Below, piece by piece: positions 8,599-16,314 of a stretch of 43,359 nt of DNA. The DNA lies in IMG/VR virus record IMGVR_UViG_3300033067_000144, positions 1-43,359 of that record; one strand, 5' to 3'. Source of the DNA: a virus (Duplodnaviria > Caudoviricetes). The position numbers and the translations under genes were made by a program. Position 1 is the first letter of the stretch. Every line of letters starts with the position of its first letter. Below the pieces are notes generated by a model. It had not been told where the DNA came from. It was given only the letters and a program-made list of their open reading frames with translations, and made no database searches.

Positions 8599-10629
8599 AT
8601 GCAACTCTTACCCCCACCACCCCCACCACAAAGCAACGGGCCACGCCCCGTGGCTTTTTACGATACCGAGTGCTTTCCTAATTACTGGCTGTTAAAGCTT
8701 CGCCCACGTGGCGGCATGGCCTACAGTTTTAGTATTCGCAACGGCCAGCGATTTAGCGAAGCCGAACAACAAGTCATCCTCAGTCTGTTTGAAGCCTACA
8801 CAGTGGTCAGCTTCAACGGTAAGGGCTATGACGTACCCATGGTGACTGCCGCATTAATGGGCTATAGCACCGAACAGTTGAAATGGCTGAACGATCAAAT
8901 AATTGTCGAGCGCGTCAAACCGTGGGAGCTTGGTCTTTTTCGCTGGGAGCCTGCCGACCACATCGACGTGATGGAGGTTGCACCAGGTGCCGGTTCACAA
9001 AAGCAATATGCCGGACGCATTCATTGCCGCACCATGCGTGACTTGCCGTATGAGCCAAATCGGCTTTTAACCGAAGCTGAGATTGTTGAGGTCGATAGTT
9101 ATTGTGGCAATGATTTGGACGTGCTGGAGGCGCTATTTGACGCCTTGCGCCCACAGTTGTATCAGCGTGAGCAATTGAGCCGCCGCTACGGCATAGACCT
9201 TCGCAGCAAGTCAGATGCCCAGTTGGCCGAGGCGGTGCTTAAAAAGCGTTGCGAAGACGCAATTGGGCAACGCATCTTCAAACTGGATATCGATTGGAAT
9301 TTGAAGTTTCAATATCGGGTGCCAGATTTCATCGGGTACCAAATGCCGCAATTGCAACGCGCCCTTGATTTGGTGCGGTCTTCGGTTTTTCGTTTGGGTG
9401 CCACAGGCGCTGTTGAGATGCCTGTGCAGCTTGAAGGGCTTGAGATCACCATTGGTCAATCGACTTACAAAATGGGCATTGGAGGCTTGCACTCGCAAGA
9501 GAAAAAGCTTGTGGCTGTCAGCGATGAAAACCACATCGTGCGCATGCCTGACGTGGCGAGTTACTACCCGTCGCTCATCATCAACTCAGGCGAATGGCCC
9601 GCCGCGCTGGGTCAACGCTTCTTGCATGAATACGCCGCAATTAAGGCCGAGCGCCTTGAGGGTAAAGCCCTGCAAAGCAAGCTTAAAAAGGCCGGTGTCA
9701 CCGAGGGTGTCGAGTACGAAAACGCTCAGACGGTCAACGAGGGTTGCAAAATTATGATCAACGGCACCTTTGGCAAGACAGGCAGTCCGTATAGCATTTT
9801 GTTCGCCCCTGTGATGTTGATCCAAACCACGATCACCGGCCAGCTGTCATTGCTCATGCTGATTGAATGGCATGAGATCTACGGCATCCCTGTGATTTCG
9901 GCCAACACGGACGGTATCGTGATCAAGTGCCCACGCGACAAAATCCACGTGAGCGAGTTTTTGATCAATGAATGGCAAACGCGCACCGGTTTGGAGATGG
10001 AAACCGAAGACTACCAAGCGATCTACGCGCGTGACGTGAACAACTATTTCGCCATCAAAACCCCAAGTGACGTGAAGCGCAAAGGTGAGTACGCAAAGGC
10101 TGGTTTGATTGAGAAGAAAAACCCCGACGTGGAGATTTGCGCCGATGCCGTGGCTAAGTTCTTGGCTGAAGGTGTGCCGGTGGCACAGACCATCGTGCAG
10201 TGCCTAGACATTCGCAAGTTCGTGACCATTCAAAAGGTCAACGGCGGCGGCGTCAAAATGTGGGGCGAGGGTCCACGCAAAGGTGCGTTGGTGCGCGACA
10301 TGATTCCCACACTTGAAGCGAATGGCTGGGCCAAAGATGGCCGTAAATGGCGCAAGGGTGATTTGTCGCTTGACCCGTCCAGTGCGTACCGTTCGTGCTT
10401 TGCTGAACAAACGCCCGAGTATTTGGGCAAGGTGGTGCGCTGGTATTACTCCACGCGCGCGCCGGGACCCATCGTGTACGCCAGCAACGGCAACACTGTC
10501 AGCCTGTCCTATGGTGCCCAGCCGTGTATGACCCTGCCCGATGAGTTCCCGCTTGACGTCGACTATGAGTGGTACGTCAACAAGGCCGAAAGCATGTTGC
10601 ATGACGTGGGCTATTACTCTTTGAAATGA
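8599..10629 (+). CDS. family B DNA polymerase with N-terminal 3'-5' exonuclease
   Basis: Exonuclease motifs YDTEC, FNGKGYD and YCGND; polymerase motifs DVASYYPS, KIMINGTFGK and SANTDGI. Confidence 0.9.
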   Translation: MQLLPPPPPPQSNGPRPVAFYDTECFPNYWLLKLRPRGGMAYSFSIRNGQRFSEAEQQVILSLFEAYTVVSFNGKGYDVPMVTAALMGYSTEQLKWLNDQIIVERVKPWELGLFRWEPADHIDVMEVAPGAGSQKQYAGRIHCRTMRDLPYEPNRLLTEAEIVEVDSYCGNDLDVLEALFDALRPQLYQREQLSRRYGIDLRSKSDAQLAEAVLKKRCEDAIGQRIFKLDIDWNLKFQYRVPDFIGYQMPQLQRALDLVRSSVFRLGATGAVEMPVQLEGLEITIGQSTYKMGIGGLHSQEKKLVAVSDENHIVRMPDVASYYPSLIINSGEWPAALGQRFLHEYAAIKAERLEGKALQSKLKKAGVTEGVEYENAQTVNEGCKIMINGTFGKTGSPYSILFAPVMLIQTTITGQLSLLMLIEWHEIYGIPVISANTDGIVIKCPRDKIHVSEFLINEWQTRTGLEMETEDYQAIYARDVNNYFAIKTPSDVKRKGEYAKAGLIEKKNPDVEICADAVAKFLAEGVPVAQTIVQCLDIRKFVTIQKVNGGGVKMWGEGPRKGALVRDMIPTLEANGWAKDGRKWRKGDLSLDPSSAYRSCFAEQTPEYLGKVVRWYYSTRAPGPIVYASNGNTVSLSYGAQPCMTLPDEFPLDVDYEWYVNKAESMLHDVGYYSLK

Positions 10630-10646
10630 GATAGAAAAATTTAATG

Positions 10647-10693
10647 ATGATCTTTAATTATGTATGACATAATTCATTCATCAACAACAGGAG
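10647..10693 (+). promoter_or_regulatory. degenerate third copy of the promoter cassette
   Basis: TGACATAAT at 10665-10673, then TCAACAACAGGAG, in an AT-rich intergenic region. Confidence 0.5.
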
Positions 10694-10699
10694 AACTCA

Positions 10700-11281
10700 A
10701 TGATCGAAATTAAAAAGAACCAATTACTTGCAGCGACACACTGTGCTAGCAAGAAGGACATTCGCCCATACCTGAATGGTGTTTTGGTGGAGCGTTGCAG
10801 CAATGGTGACGTGCATGTGGTTGGTTGTGACGGACACCGTATCTTTGCTGGTAAAGTCAACGAAAATCCCAATTTACCAGCAGAGCCCGTGCGCGTCATT
10901 ATTCCAATTGATGTGGTGACTGCTTCATGCAAAGGCGGTGGCGCGGTAAGCCTTGAAAAGTATGACGACACCTACTGGAAAATCAACGGTTTGATGTTTG
11001 TTCCAGTTGAGGGTACTTATCCCGATTGGCGTCGCGTTTTTCAAAGCGTTGAGCCCAAAGAACATGTTGTGCATCAAGTCAATCCAACTTACTTGGCACT
11101 TGGCGAAAAAGCATTGCAAACTTGGTCTGGCAAAAAGTTTACGGCTTTTGCAAAACACCAAGAAGGTTCGGTGCGCATGATGACCGAAAACGATTTTGCG
11201 GCTGTCATCATCATGCCAATTCGTGAGACTGCAATGAACTATTCAACAACCCCATTCATCCCTGCATCTTTTAAGGAGTAA
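10700..11281 (+). CDS. DNA polymerase III beta-clamp-like protein (short)
   Basis: KKDIRPYLNGV, GCDGHR and GTYPDWRRV resemble DnaN motifs. Confidence 0.7.
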   Translation: MIEIKKNQLLAATHCASKKDIRPYLNGVLVERCSNGDVHVVGCDGHRIFAGKVNENPNLPAEPVRVIIPIDVVTASCKGGGAVSLEKYDDTYWKINGLMFVPVEGTYPDWRRVFQSVEPKEHVVHQVNPTYLALGEKALQTWSGKKFTAFAKHQEGSVRMMTENDFAAVIIMPIRETAMNYSTTPFIPASFKE

Positions 11282-11285
11282 CACC

Positions 11286-11576
11286 ATGAAATTCACAGTA
11301 GCAAAAAAAGATTTCAAAATGGCTGAGCGCATCAAGATTAAACGTCTTGGTAAAGTGACGGTGCGTACTGCGCGTGACCATTTGTCGGGCGGTACGTTGA
11401 GTGAGGTGATCGGCCTCACATTGGTCTTGGCCGTTTTAAGCCTGGCATTCACGCCACTCTTGATCGCAGCAGTCACCACGCCATTGTGGGTGCCGATTTG
11501 GAAACACAAGCAACGTGCACGCTTGGCCGCATTGTTGCCCGTGCAAAACGATAACGATCTTTTAGAGGTGGTGTGA
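11286..11576 (+). CDS. hypothetical membrane protein
   Basis: AAGGAG RBS and a central hydrophobic segment. Confidence 0.65.
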   Translation: MKFTVAKKDFKMAERIKIKRLGKVTVRTARDHLSGGTLSEVIGLTLVLAVLSLAFTPLLIAAVTTPLWVPIWKHKQRARLAALLPVQNDNDLLEVV

Positions 11577-11713
11577 TGTTGCGCAAATTCAAAATCATCA
11601 TTGATAACTTTGAGCCTTACGAAGGCTTGTTCACCGACAGTTGCGCCGCCACCCTTGATGCCATGGCGCGTCACCCACACGCCAAACGAATCAGTGTTCG
11701 GAGAATGCCATGA
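11576..11713 (+). CDS. small hypothetical protein (45 aa, MLRKFKIIIDNFEPYEGLFTDSC...)
   Basis: Translated by hand; GAGGTG RBS; overlaps both neighbours. Confidence 0.6.
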   Translation: MLRKFKIIIDNFEPYEGLFTDSCAATLDAMARHPHAKRISVRRMP

Positions 11714-11934
11714 AATTTAAACTACTTGTCGTCTTGGCGATAGCCATTGGCGTGTGGTCGGGCTTGGAGCTGGTGAACATGGTCAAGCCGTCATCTTTGC
11801 CAGCACCACGCAACACCATGGCTTACAAAACCTGCGTTGAAATTGGTGGCCCGAATGCTTGGGTCGTATTCAAAGACAACGGCGACCCTGTGTGCGTGAA
11901 CAAGCGCGGCAACAAATTGGCGGTGCAACCATGA
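11710..11934 (+). CDS. small exported or membrane-anchored protein
   Basis: N-terminal hydrophobic segment, two Cys residues, ATGA overlap. Confidence 0.6.
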   Translation: MKFKLLVVLAIAIGVWSGLELVNMVKPSSLPAPRNTMAYKTCVEIGGPNAWVVFKDNGDPVCVNKRGNKLAVQP

Positions 11935-12041
11935 TAAATGCCCTCATGCTGGTTGGAATAGTCATCGGCAGCGCTTTGGTATTTGTTGCGTTTTGCGCGT
12001 GGTGGTTTAGTCACTACATGGACAAAGACCATGACGCTTGA
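11931..12041 (+). CDS. 36-aa single-pass membrane peptide
   Basis: MINALMLVGIVIGSALVFVAFCAWWF...; ATGA overlap. Confidence 0.5.
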   Translation: MINALMLVGIVIGSALVFVAFCAWWFSHYMDKDHDA

Positions 12042-12249
12042 CCAACACCGTGAGATCAGCGCACGCATGGCCGTGCGCATCGTGCACTGGCTTATGGATA
12101 ACCCGATCTTGACTGAGAGAGAGCGGTTAATCGTTGAAGATTACAAACGTGGCGTGAAGTGCGAGATCATTCAGATGGAGCACCAGACCACGTACAAAAC
12201 CATCAAAAATGCGTGCATCAAAGCACGTGTGCCATTACGAAAGGCTTGA
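12031..12249 (+). CDS. small protein with an HTH-like C-terminus
   Basis: LTERERLIVEDYKRGVKCEII...TTYKTIKN. Confidence 0.5.
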   Translation: MTLDQHREISARMAVRIVHWLMDNPILTERERLIVEDYKRGVKCEIIQMEHQTTYKTIKNACIKARVPLRKA

Positions 12250-12250
12250 T

Positions 12251-12403
12251 ATGTGGGAATTGATCGTTTGTGTGGCAGTTGCTTGGGGTGGTTGCGTAGA
12301 GCGCCAGCCCACCACCTATGCCAGTAAAGAATTTTGCCAACGTGCCCTTGTGGCCATGAACAAAGACAAGGTCACGTCAGCTTATTGCCGACCACGCAAT
12401 TGA
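12251..12403 (+). CDS. small Cys-containing hypothetical protein
   Basis: MWELIVCVAVAWGGC...YASKEFC...AYC; last gene of the + strand arm. Confidence 0.55.
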   Translation: MWELIVCVAVAWGGCVERQPTTYASKEFCQRALVAMNKDKVTSAYCRPRN

Positions 12404-12795
12404 TCTTGGCAGGCTTCTAGTTGCGTGCTTGCGCGATCGATTCCTTCGCGTAGGGCGAAATAAGCCGGTCCAACAGTTCCTGCAAGTTCGGCCCCGGCTT
12501 CAATATCCATTCTGGTACCGGCGGTTGATTGTTTGGCGGTAGGGGTGTTGAAGCGCAACCCGCAAGTGCCAGCATGCACGCAATCACGAAGACGGTTTGT
12601 TTCATTTTGAGAATCCTGCAAGTTTTGTAAATGGTGATCGTTGGAGACCGAAAGCGCTTTCACTTTGGCCTCATAGCCAGCTGCTTGCTCTAATTTCTCA
12701 GCTTGATGTTGTGAGGTCAAGCGCCAGCCATTAGCCGCCCAGCCACCACCAAAGCTGATCACAAGGGCTGTAATGGTTGCGTAGAGCTTAATCAT
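12382..12795 (-). CDS. i-spanin (Rz-like)
   Basis: N-terminal TM segment (GWAANGWRL), coiled coil, C-terminal QLEACQ; follows the endolysin candidate. Confidence 0.85.
   Translation of the reverse strand: MIKLYATITALVISFGGGWAANGWRLTSQHQAEKLEQAAGYEAKVKALSVSNDHHLQNLQDSQNETNRLRDCVHAGTCGLRFNTPTAKQSTAGTRMDIEAGAELAGTVGPAYFALREGIDRASTQLEACQDQLRGRQ
12417..12605 (-). CDS. o-spanin (Rz1-like lipoprotein) embedded in the i-spanin gene
   Basis: Lipobox LAGC followed by a Pro-rich mature region, in another frame inside the i-spanin gene. Confidence 0.85.
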   Translation of the reverse strand: MKQTVFVIACMLALAGCASTPLPPNNQPPVPEWILKPGPNLQELLDRLISPYAKESIAQARN

Positions 12796-13208
12796 GCGAT
12801 GGTCAAGGTGCAATCACCATTACTGGCTTCAATGGCTTGCATGAGCTTTTCAAAGGCCACACGTGAACCGCCAACCCAATCGCTGACACCGTCCCAAGTT
12901 GAGCCCACAATGATGCACCCTTCGGTGTCTTTGGAGCTGTTGCCCGTGTGGATGCGTACACCCTCGAAGCCTTCCACGCCAATGAGCAACGGCAAAGGCT
13001 TCTTGAAGCGGTTGGACATGGTGATCTTCACAGGGTATGTGCCCACAGGGATGGCGGTCACACCTGGTATCTTCCATGCCGACACGGGCTGTTCGGCAAT
13101 TTGGCGCGCAGTGTCTTCGATGGTGAGCCCTAAGAACTCGCCGTCGACTGCCAGCTCACCCACAGTACACGTGGGCAAAAAGTGTTTGCGCGTGATTTCA
13201 ATTTTCAT
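12792..13208 (-). CDS. putative endolysin (DUF5675-type)
   Basis: TAIPVGTY and RIHTGNSSKDTEGCIIVG; located between membrane proteins and spanins. Confidence 0.7.
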   Translation of the reverse strand: MKIEITRKHFLPTCTVGELAVDGEFLGLTIEDTARQIAEQPVSAWKIPGVTAIPVGTYPVKITMSNRFKKPLPLLIGVEGFEGVRIHTGNSSKDTEGCIIVGSTWDGVSDWVGGSRVAFEKLMQAIEASNGDCTLTIA

Positions 13209-13480
13209 TTTGGTACCCGTATATCAAGCCATGGGCGTGTTGAAAAGCGGCTGGCCACCAATGCGTACAGCAGGGCGACAGTGACTGCAAAGACCACGTC
13301 GAAGGTGTAAGGTGTGTAGCTGCCCATGAGAATGACCACGGGGGCAAACATGCCCACAATGGCGGGGCCCATGACGACGAGACGCACCCAGCGCGGGTGG
13401 TTGTCATTTAGGTGGTGGGCGCAATACGCACCCATGGCGACCATTGCCAGCATGACAATGATGAAGATTGTTTGAATCAT
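13205..13480 (-). CDS. membrane protein (3 hydrophobic segments), holin/antiholin candidate
   Basis: Hydrophobicity pattern and position in the lysis cassette. Confidence 0.55.
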   Translation of the reverse strand: MIQTIFIIVMLAMVAMGAYCAHHLNDNHPRWVRLVVMGPAIVGMFAPVVILMGSYTPYTFDVVFAVTVALLYALVASRFSTRPWLDIRVPK

Positions 13481-13483
13481 GGA

Positions 13484-13783
13484 TTAGCCCTTCTTGAGTG
13501 CGAGTCTGGTAACGCAAAAAATGATGATGGACAGCCCAATGTCTTTGAGCACCCACACTGGAAACCATTCGTCTACTGGGTAGACGTTGAACTTGAGGTA
13601 ATGGTTTGTGCGCCCCACTTGAGCAATGAGGCCGATTGTGGACAGGTAGATACCCACGGCCATGACCCAATTAAGGCCCACGGCTTTGAGCTTGTCCAGC
13701 AATGGCATGTGAAGCACCACCATAGCAATGGCAGGTACCTCAATCAAGAGTACGAGCGTGAGCCAAATCTTGATTTCAAGCAT
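13484..13783 (-). CDS. membrane protein (3 hydrophobic segments), holin/antiholin candidate
   Basis: Hydrophobicity pattern and basic C-terminus. Confidence 0.55.
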   Translation of the reverse strand: MLEIKIWLTLVLLIEVPAIAMVVLHMPLLDKLKAVGLNWVMAVGIYLSTIGLIAQVGRTNHYLKFNVYPVDEWFPVWVLKDIGLSIIIFCVTRLALKKG

Positions 13784-13786
13784 GGT

Positions 13787-14161
13787 CTAGATTCCAAACT
13801 TGGCTTTGATCTTTGAGGACAATGCACCAAAGATGCCAGGTAGTTGATTGGACATGAAGCCGATACTCATAGCAATCATGCTGGGTGTGTATGGCGTGTT
13901 GAGCTGTGGGATGACGCTGACCACAAGGTTCATTGCGCCCCAGCTCAACACCAATGACACTGTGACACCAATGACGACAAAGCCAATGCTTTGCATCACG
14001 GATTGGTTTTTGGCGCTAGACAGCGCAATGAAACATCCCGCCAGCGCTGAGATGACGACAAGCATCACGTCAGCGGCCACGGGGCCAAATGCGCCAATGA
14101 GAAGCGCTAAAAAACCAACCGATGCGGCGCCGGTGGTTGTGGTAGAGATTGGTTCAGCCAT
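13787..14161 (-). CDS. putative holin
   Basis: MAEPISTT start, several TM segments and a basic C-terminus. Confidence 0.65.
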   Translation of the reverse strand: MAEPISTTTTGAASVGFLALLIGAFGPVAADVMLVVISALAGCFIALSSAKNQSVMQSIGFVVIGVTVSLVLSWGAMNLVVSVIPQLNTPYTPSMIAMSIGFMSNQLPGIFGALSSKIKAKFGI

Positions 14162-14192
14162 GATGGTCTTTCGTATTTAGATGCCGATTATT

Positions 14193-14672
14193 TTACGGCT
14201 GAAAGAAGCTTTGGCGAAATGGTAGCCATGTGGCGATGAATTTCGTCATATTTTTGGAGGTGAGCACCAATTTGTTGTTGTTCGAGAAAGTGAACTCGGT
14301 AGGCTTGAACCCCGTGGTTTGCAATTGGTACGCCAGCATCACCGCAGCCAAACCGTTCTGATCGTCGCGGGTGGCGCTGCACATCACGCCTTCGAACTCC
14401 ACGCCGCCCATTTTGGGGTCGGGCTTGGGCGGCGCGATGTATTCGGGCAGTGCTGGTGGCTTGGAGCCAGCGGCAAAGTCTTTGCGCTTAAAGCCAAACT
14501 TTTCGATCAAATCATTGTTTTCAATGGCATCCCAGCGTTGGGCTTCGTCGTTCTTGACCAGCGTCCACAATGAGCCTTCGAGCATGTTCATGAATGCTGT
14601 GTGTTCTTCGGTACCCTCGATCGAATCCAAGTCTTCGCGGGTGCTGATGTTGAGTTTAAAAAGTGATTCCAT
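14193..14672 (-). CDS. hypothetical protein downstream of the RT; possible tail-fibre-associated protein (DUF4376-like C-terminus)
   Basis: The ATG at 14672 overlaps the RT 3' end. Two domains are joined by a Pro-rich linker. Confidence 0.6.
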   Translation of the reverse strand: MESLFKLNISTREDLDSIEGTEEHTAFMNMLEGSLWTLVKNDEAQRWDAIENNDLIEKFGFKRKDFAAGSKPPALPEYIAPPKPDPKMGGVEFEGVMCSATRDDQNGLAAVMLAYQLQTTGFKPTEFTFSNNNKLVLTSKNMTKFIATWLPFRQSFFQP

Positions 14673-15639
14673 AGCGATTTTCCATCCATGTGTTGAGGTT
14701 GTGAGCGTTTGCCCATTGTGCATGACCTGCCCAAGACGCGGTGAAGCGCTGTAGACCTTCCATGTCATCGTGGCGTATGAAGTTGGCGACCTTGCGTTTG
14801 GCGCGCAACACTGAGTCTTTGCGCAGCAACTTGTGGCTTTCCCATATTCGGTAGCCCAAGAAGTTGATGCCGCGAGAGGTTGGCGAGATTTGCCATTTAC
14901 CTATGCGAAGCTTTAAGGCTTCCATTGAGTAATCGTTCAGGTCTAAAAAGCTTTCCATCAAGCAATCTTTGTCGTCACCCAAGATCACAATGTCATCCAT
15001 ATAACGCGCCCACTCACGATGGTCCAAGCGAAAATGAATAAAGCGGTCAGCGGCATTGCCGTAGACGTTTGCAAATAGCTGGCTGGTCAAACTGCCAATC
15101 GGAATACCTTTGCCAGTGGGCGGGATTATTTCGCGCAATATTGAAAGCGTGTTTTTACAATCAATCTTTTGGTCAATCATGCCGTGCAAGATTTCACGGT
15201 CAATACTTGGAAAGAACTTGGAATAATCGGTTTTGAGGAAATATTTAGCCTTGGTGTGGCGTAGCTTGGCTTGTACGAATTGCACGCCAGCGTGGGTGCC
15301 TTTACCCACACGGCATGCGAATGTTTGGGGCAATAACCCACGGTCAAATATAGGGGCAACCACATTGCAAAGCGCGTGTTGCACCAAGCGGTCTTTAAAT
15401 TCAAGCGCCGAAATTAAACGGGGTTTTGGTTCATATACAGTGAACGTGCGGTAATCGCCGATTTTGTAGGCACCGTCCCGCAATTCTTGCTGAACCAGTA
15501 GCAAATTTGACTCTGCAAATTCTTTGAATTCTAAATAACCATACGTGCGCTTTTTGCCCTTGGCAGTTTTCTCATAAGCGTCACGAAGGTTTTCAATTGT
15601 GGTGATTTGTTGAATTAAATTTCGATATTTCTTTGGCAT
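14656..15639 (-). CDS. brt: DGR reverse transcriptase (327 aa)
   Basis: KPRLISALEFKDRLVQHA, DYSKFFPSI, GIPIGSLTSQLFAN (DGR GxxxSQ), RYMDD and FLGY. Likely start is MPKKYRNL at 15639. Closely resembles BPP-1 bRT as recalled. Confidence 0.96.
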   Translation of the reverse strand: MPKKYRNLIQQITTIENLRDAYEKTAKGKKRTYGYLEFKEFAESNLLLVQQELRDGAYKIGDYRTFTVYEPKPRLISALEFKDRLVQHALCNVVAPIFDRGLLPQTFACRVGKGTHAGVQFVQAKLRHTKAKYFLKTDYSKFFPSIDREILHGMIDQKIDCKNTLSILREIIPPTGKGIPIGSLTSQLFANVYGNAADRFIHFRLDHREWARYMDDIVILGDDKDCLMESFLDLNDYSMEALKLRIGKWQISPTSRGINFLGYRIWESHKLLRKDSVLRAKRKVANFIRHDDMEGLQRFTASWAGHAQWANAHNLNTWMENRYGITF

Positions 15640-15787
15640 AAAGAAGTCGGCCCCGCCTTTGGATTTACTACTAAGCGTTATACCGAACCATGTTGCGTAT
15701 TTCCCGAAGGAGGATATGTCTGGCTGACCACACATTGAAGGGTCTGCCCGTCGAGCCGTAGCCGCGACAGAGCGTTTAAATTTTAAT
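15640..15787 (-). other. DGR spacer (Sp) region between TR and RT, likely part of the template RNA; includes part of IMH* (15778-15798)
   Basis: 148-nt gap in the same position as in BPP-1. IMH* CCTGTGACAACATTAAAATTT versus IMH CCTGTGACCACTTGCAACTTG. Confidence 0.7.
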
Positions 15788-15907
15788 GTTGTCACAGGCA
15801 AAGCGCGAACCGATGTTGTTGTTCGAGTTCGACGCAGCGTTGTTCCAATTCGACGACCGCGAACCGGAGTTCGCCGCGTTGTTCCAGTTGCCGCCGAGGA
15901 TGACCGC
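15788..15907 (-). repeat. DGR template repeat (TR)
   Basis: 120-bp ungapped match to 16330-16449. Rich in AAC codons (conceptually AVILGGNWNNAANSGSRSSNWNNAASNSNNNIGSRFACDN). Confidence 0.97.
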
Positions 15908-15911
15908 TTGT

Positions 15912-16286
15912 TTACCCAGCATATCCCTGCTTTTGCTTGCCCTTTATCCACGCTCCGAGCATAGACCCAACTTCTGCCAACAGTACTTGTGCTGTCTGTA
16001 GCTGGTGAGGTGACATTGCGCGGATTAGGAGCAAGAATCGCATCCAAAACCGCAGATGAGCAAGTGCTGCATCCGCAGTGTAAATTTTTGAAATTTGGTT
16101 TGATTTCCCAGCCTGAAAAAGTAAATCGGGGACTCCCATCAAAGCCTGCAAAAACATGTCGCGTGCAACCCCGTGTTTGCGTGGTATCGACTGAGCGATG
16201 GGGTAAAGATACCCGATCACTCGTTCGTATTTCTCCACAATGGCCATTTGGTCGTAGCATGTTGTCGCGTCTTTAGATGGAATCAT
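15912..16286 (-). CDS. avd: accessory variability determinant Avd
   Basis: CYDQMAIVEKYERVIGYLYPIAQSIPRKHGVAR...EVGSMLGAWIK closely resembles BPP-1 Avd as recalled; lies between the target gene and TR. Confidence 0.95.
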   Translation of the reverse strand: MIPSKDATTCYDQMAIVEKYERVIGYLYPIAQSIPRKHGVARDMFLQALMGVPDLLFQAGKSNQISKIYTADAALAHLRFWMRFLLLIRAMSPHQLQTAQVLLAEVGSMLGAWIKGKQKQGYAG

Positions 16287-16298
16287 GAGTCCTTAAGC

Positions 16299-16314
16299 GG
16301 CGGCTTGCGCCGCC
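16299..16314 (-). promoter_or_regulatory. DGR target-recognition hairpin/cruciform downstream of IMH
   Basis: GGCGGC-GCAA-GCCGCC directly after the target stop codon. Confidence 0.8.

Noticed and set aside
14656-15639. RT as a group II intron, retron or Abi RT
   Set aside because: It has no maturase or endonuclease domain, and it has GxxxSQ plus adjacent avd, TR and VR, which fits a DGR.
15640-16260. 207-aa N-terminal extension of the RT in the 534-aa track ORF
   Set aside because: It overlaps avd and TR in another frame and looks non-protein-like. RT similarity begins at MPKKYRNL (15639), giving the expected ~327 aa.
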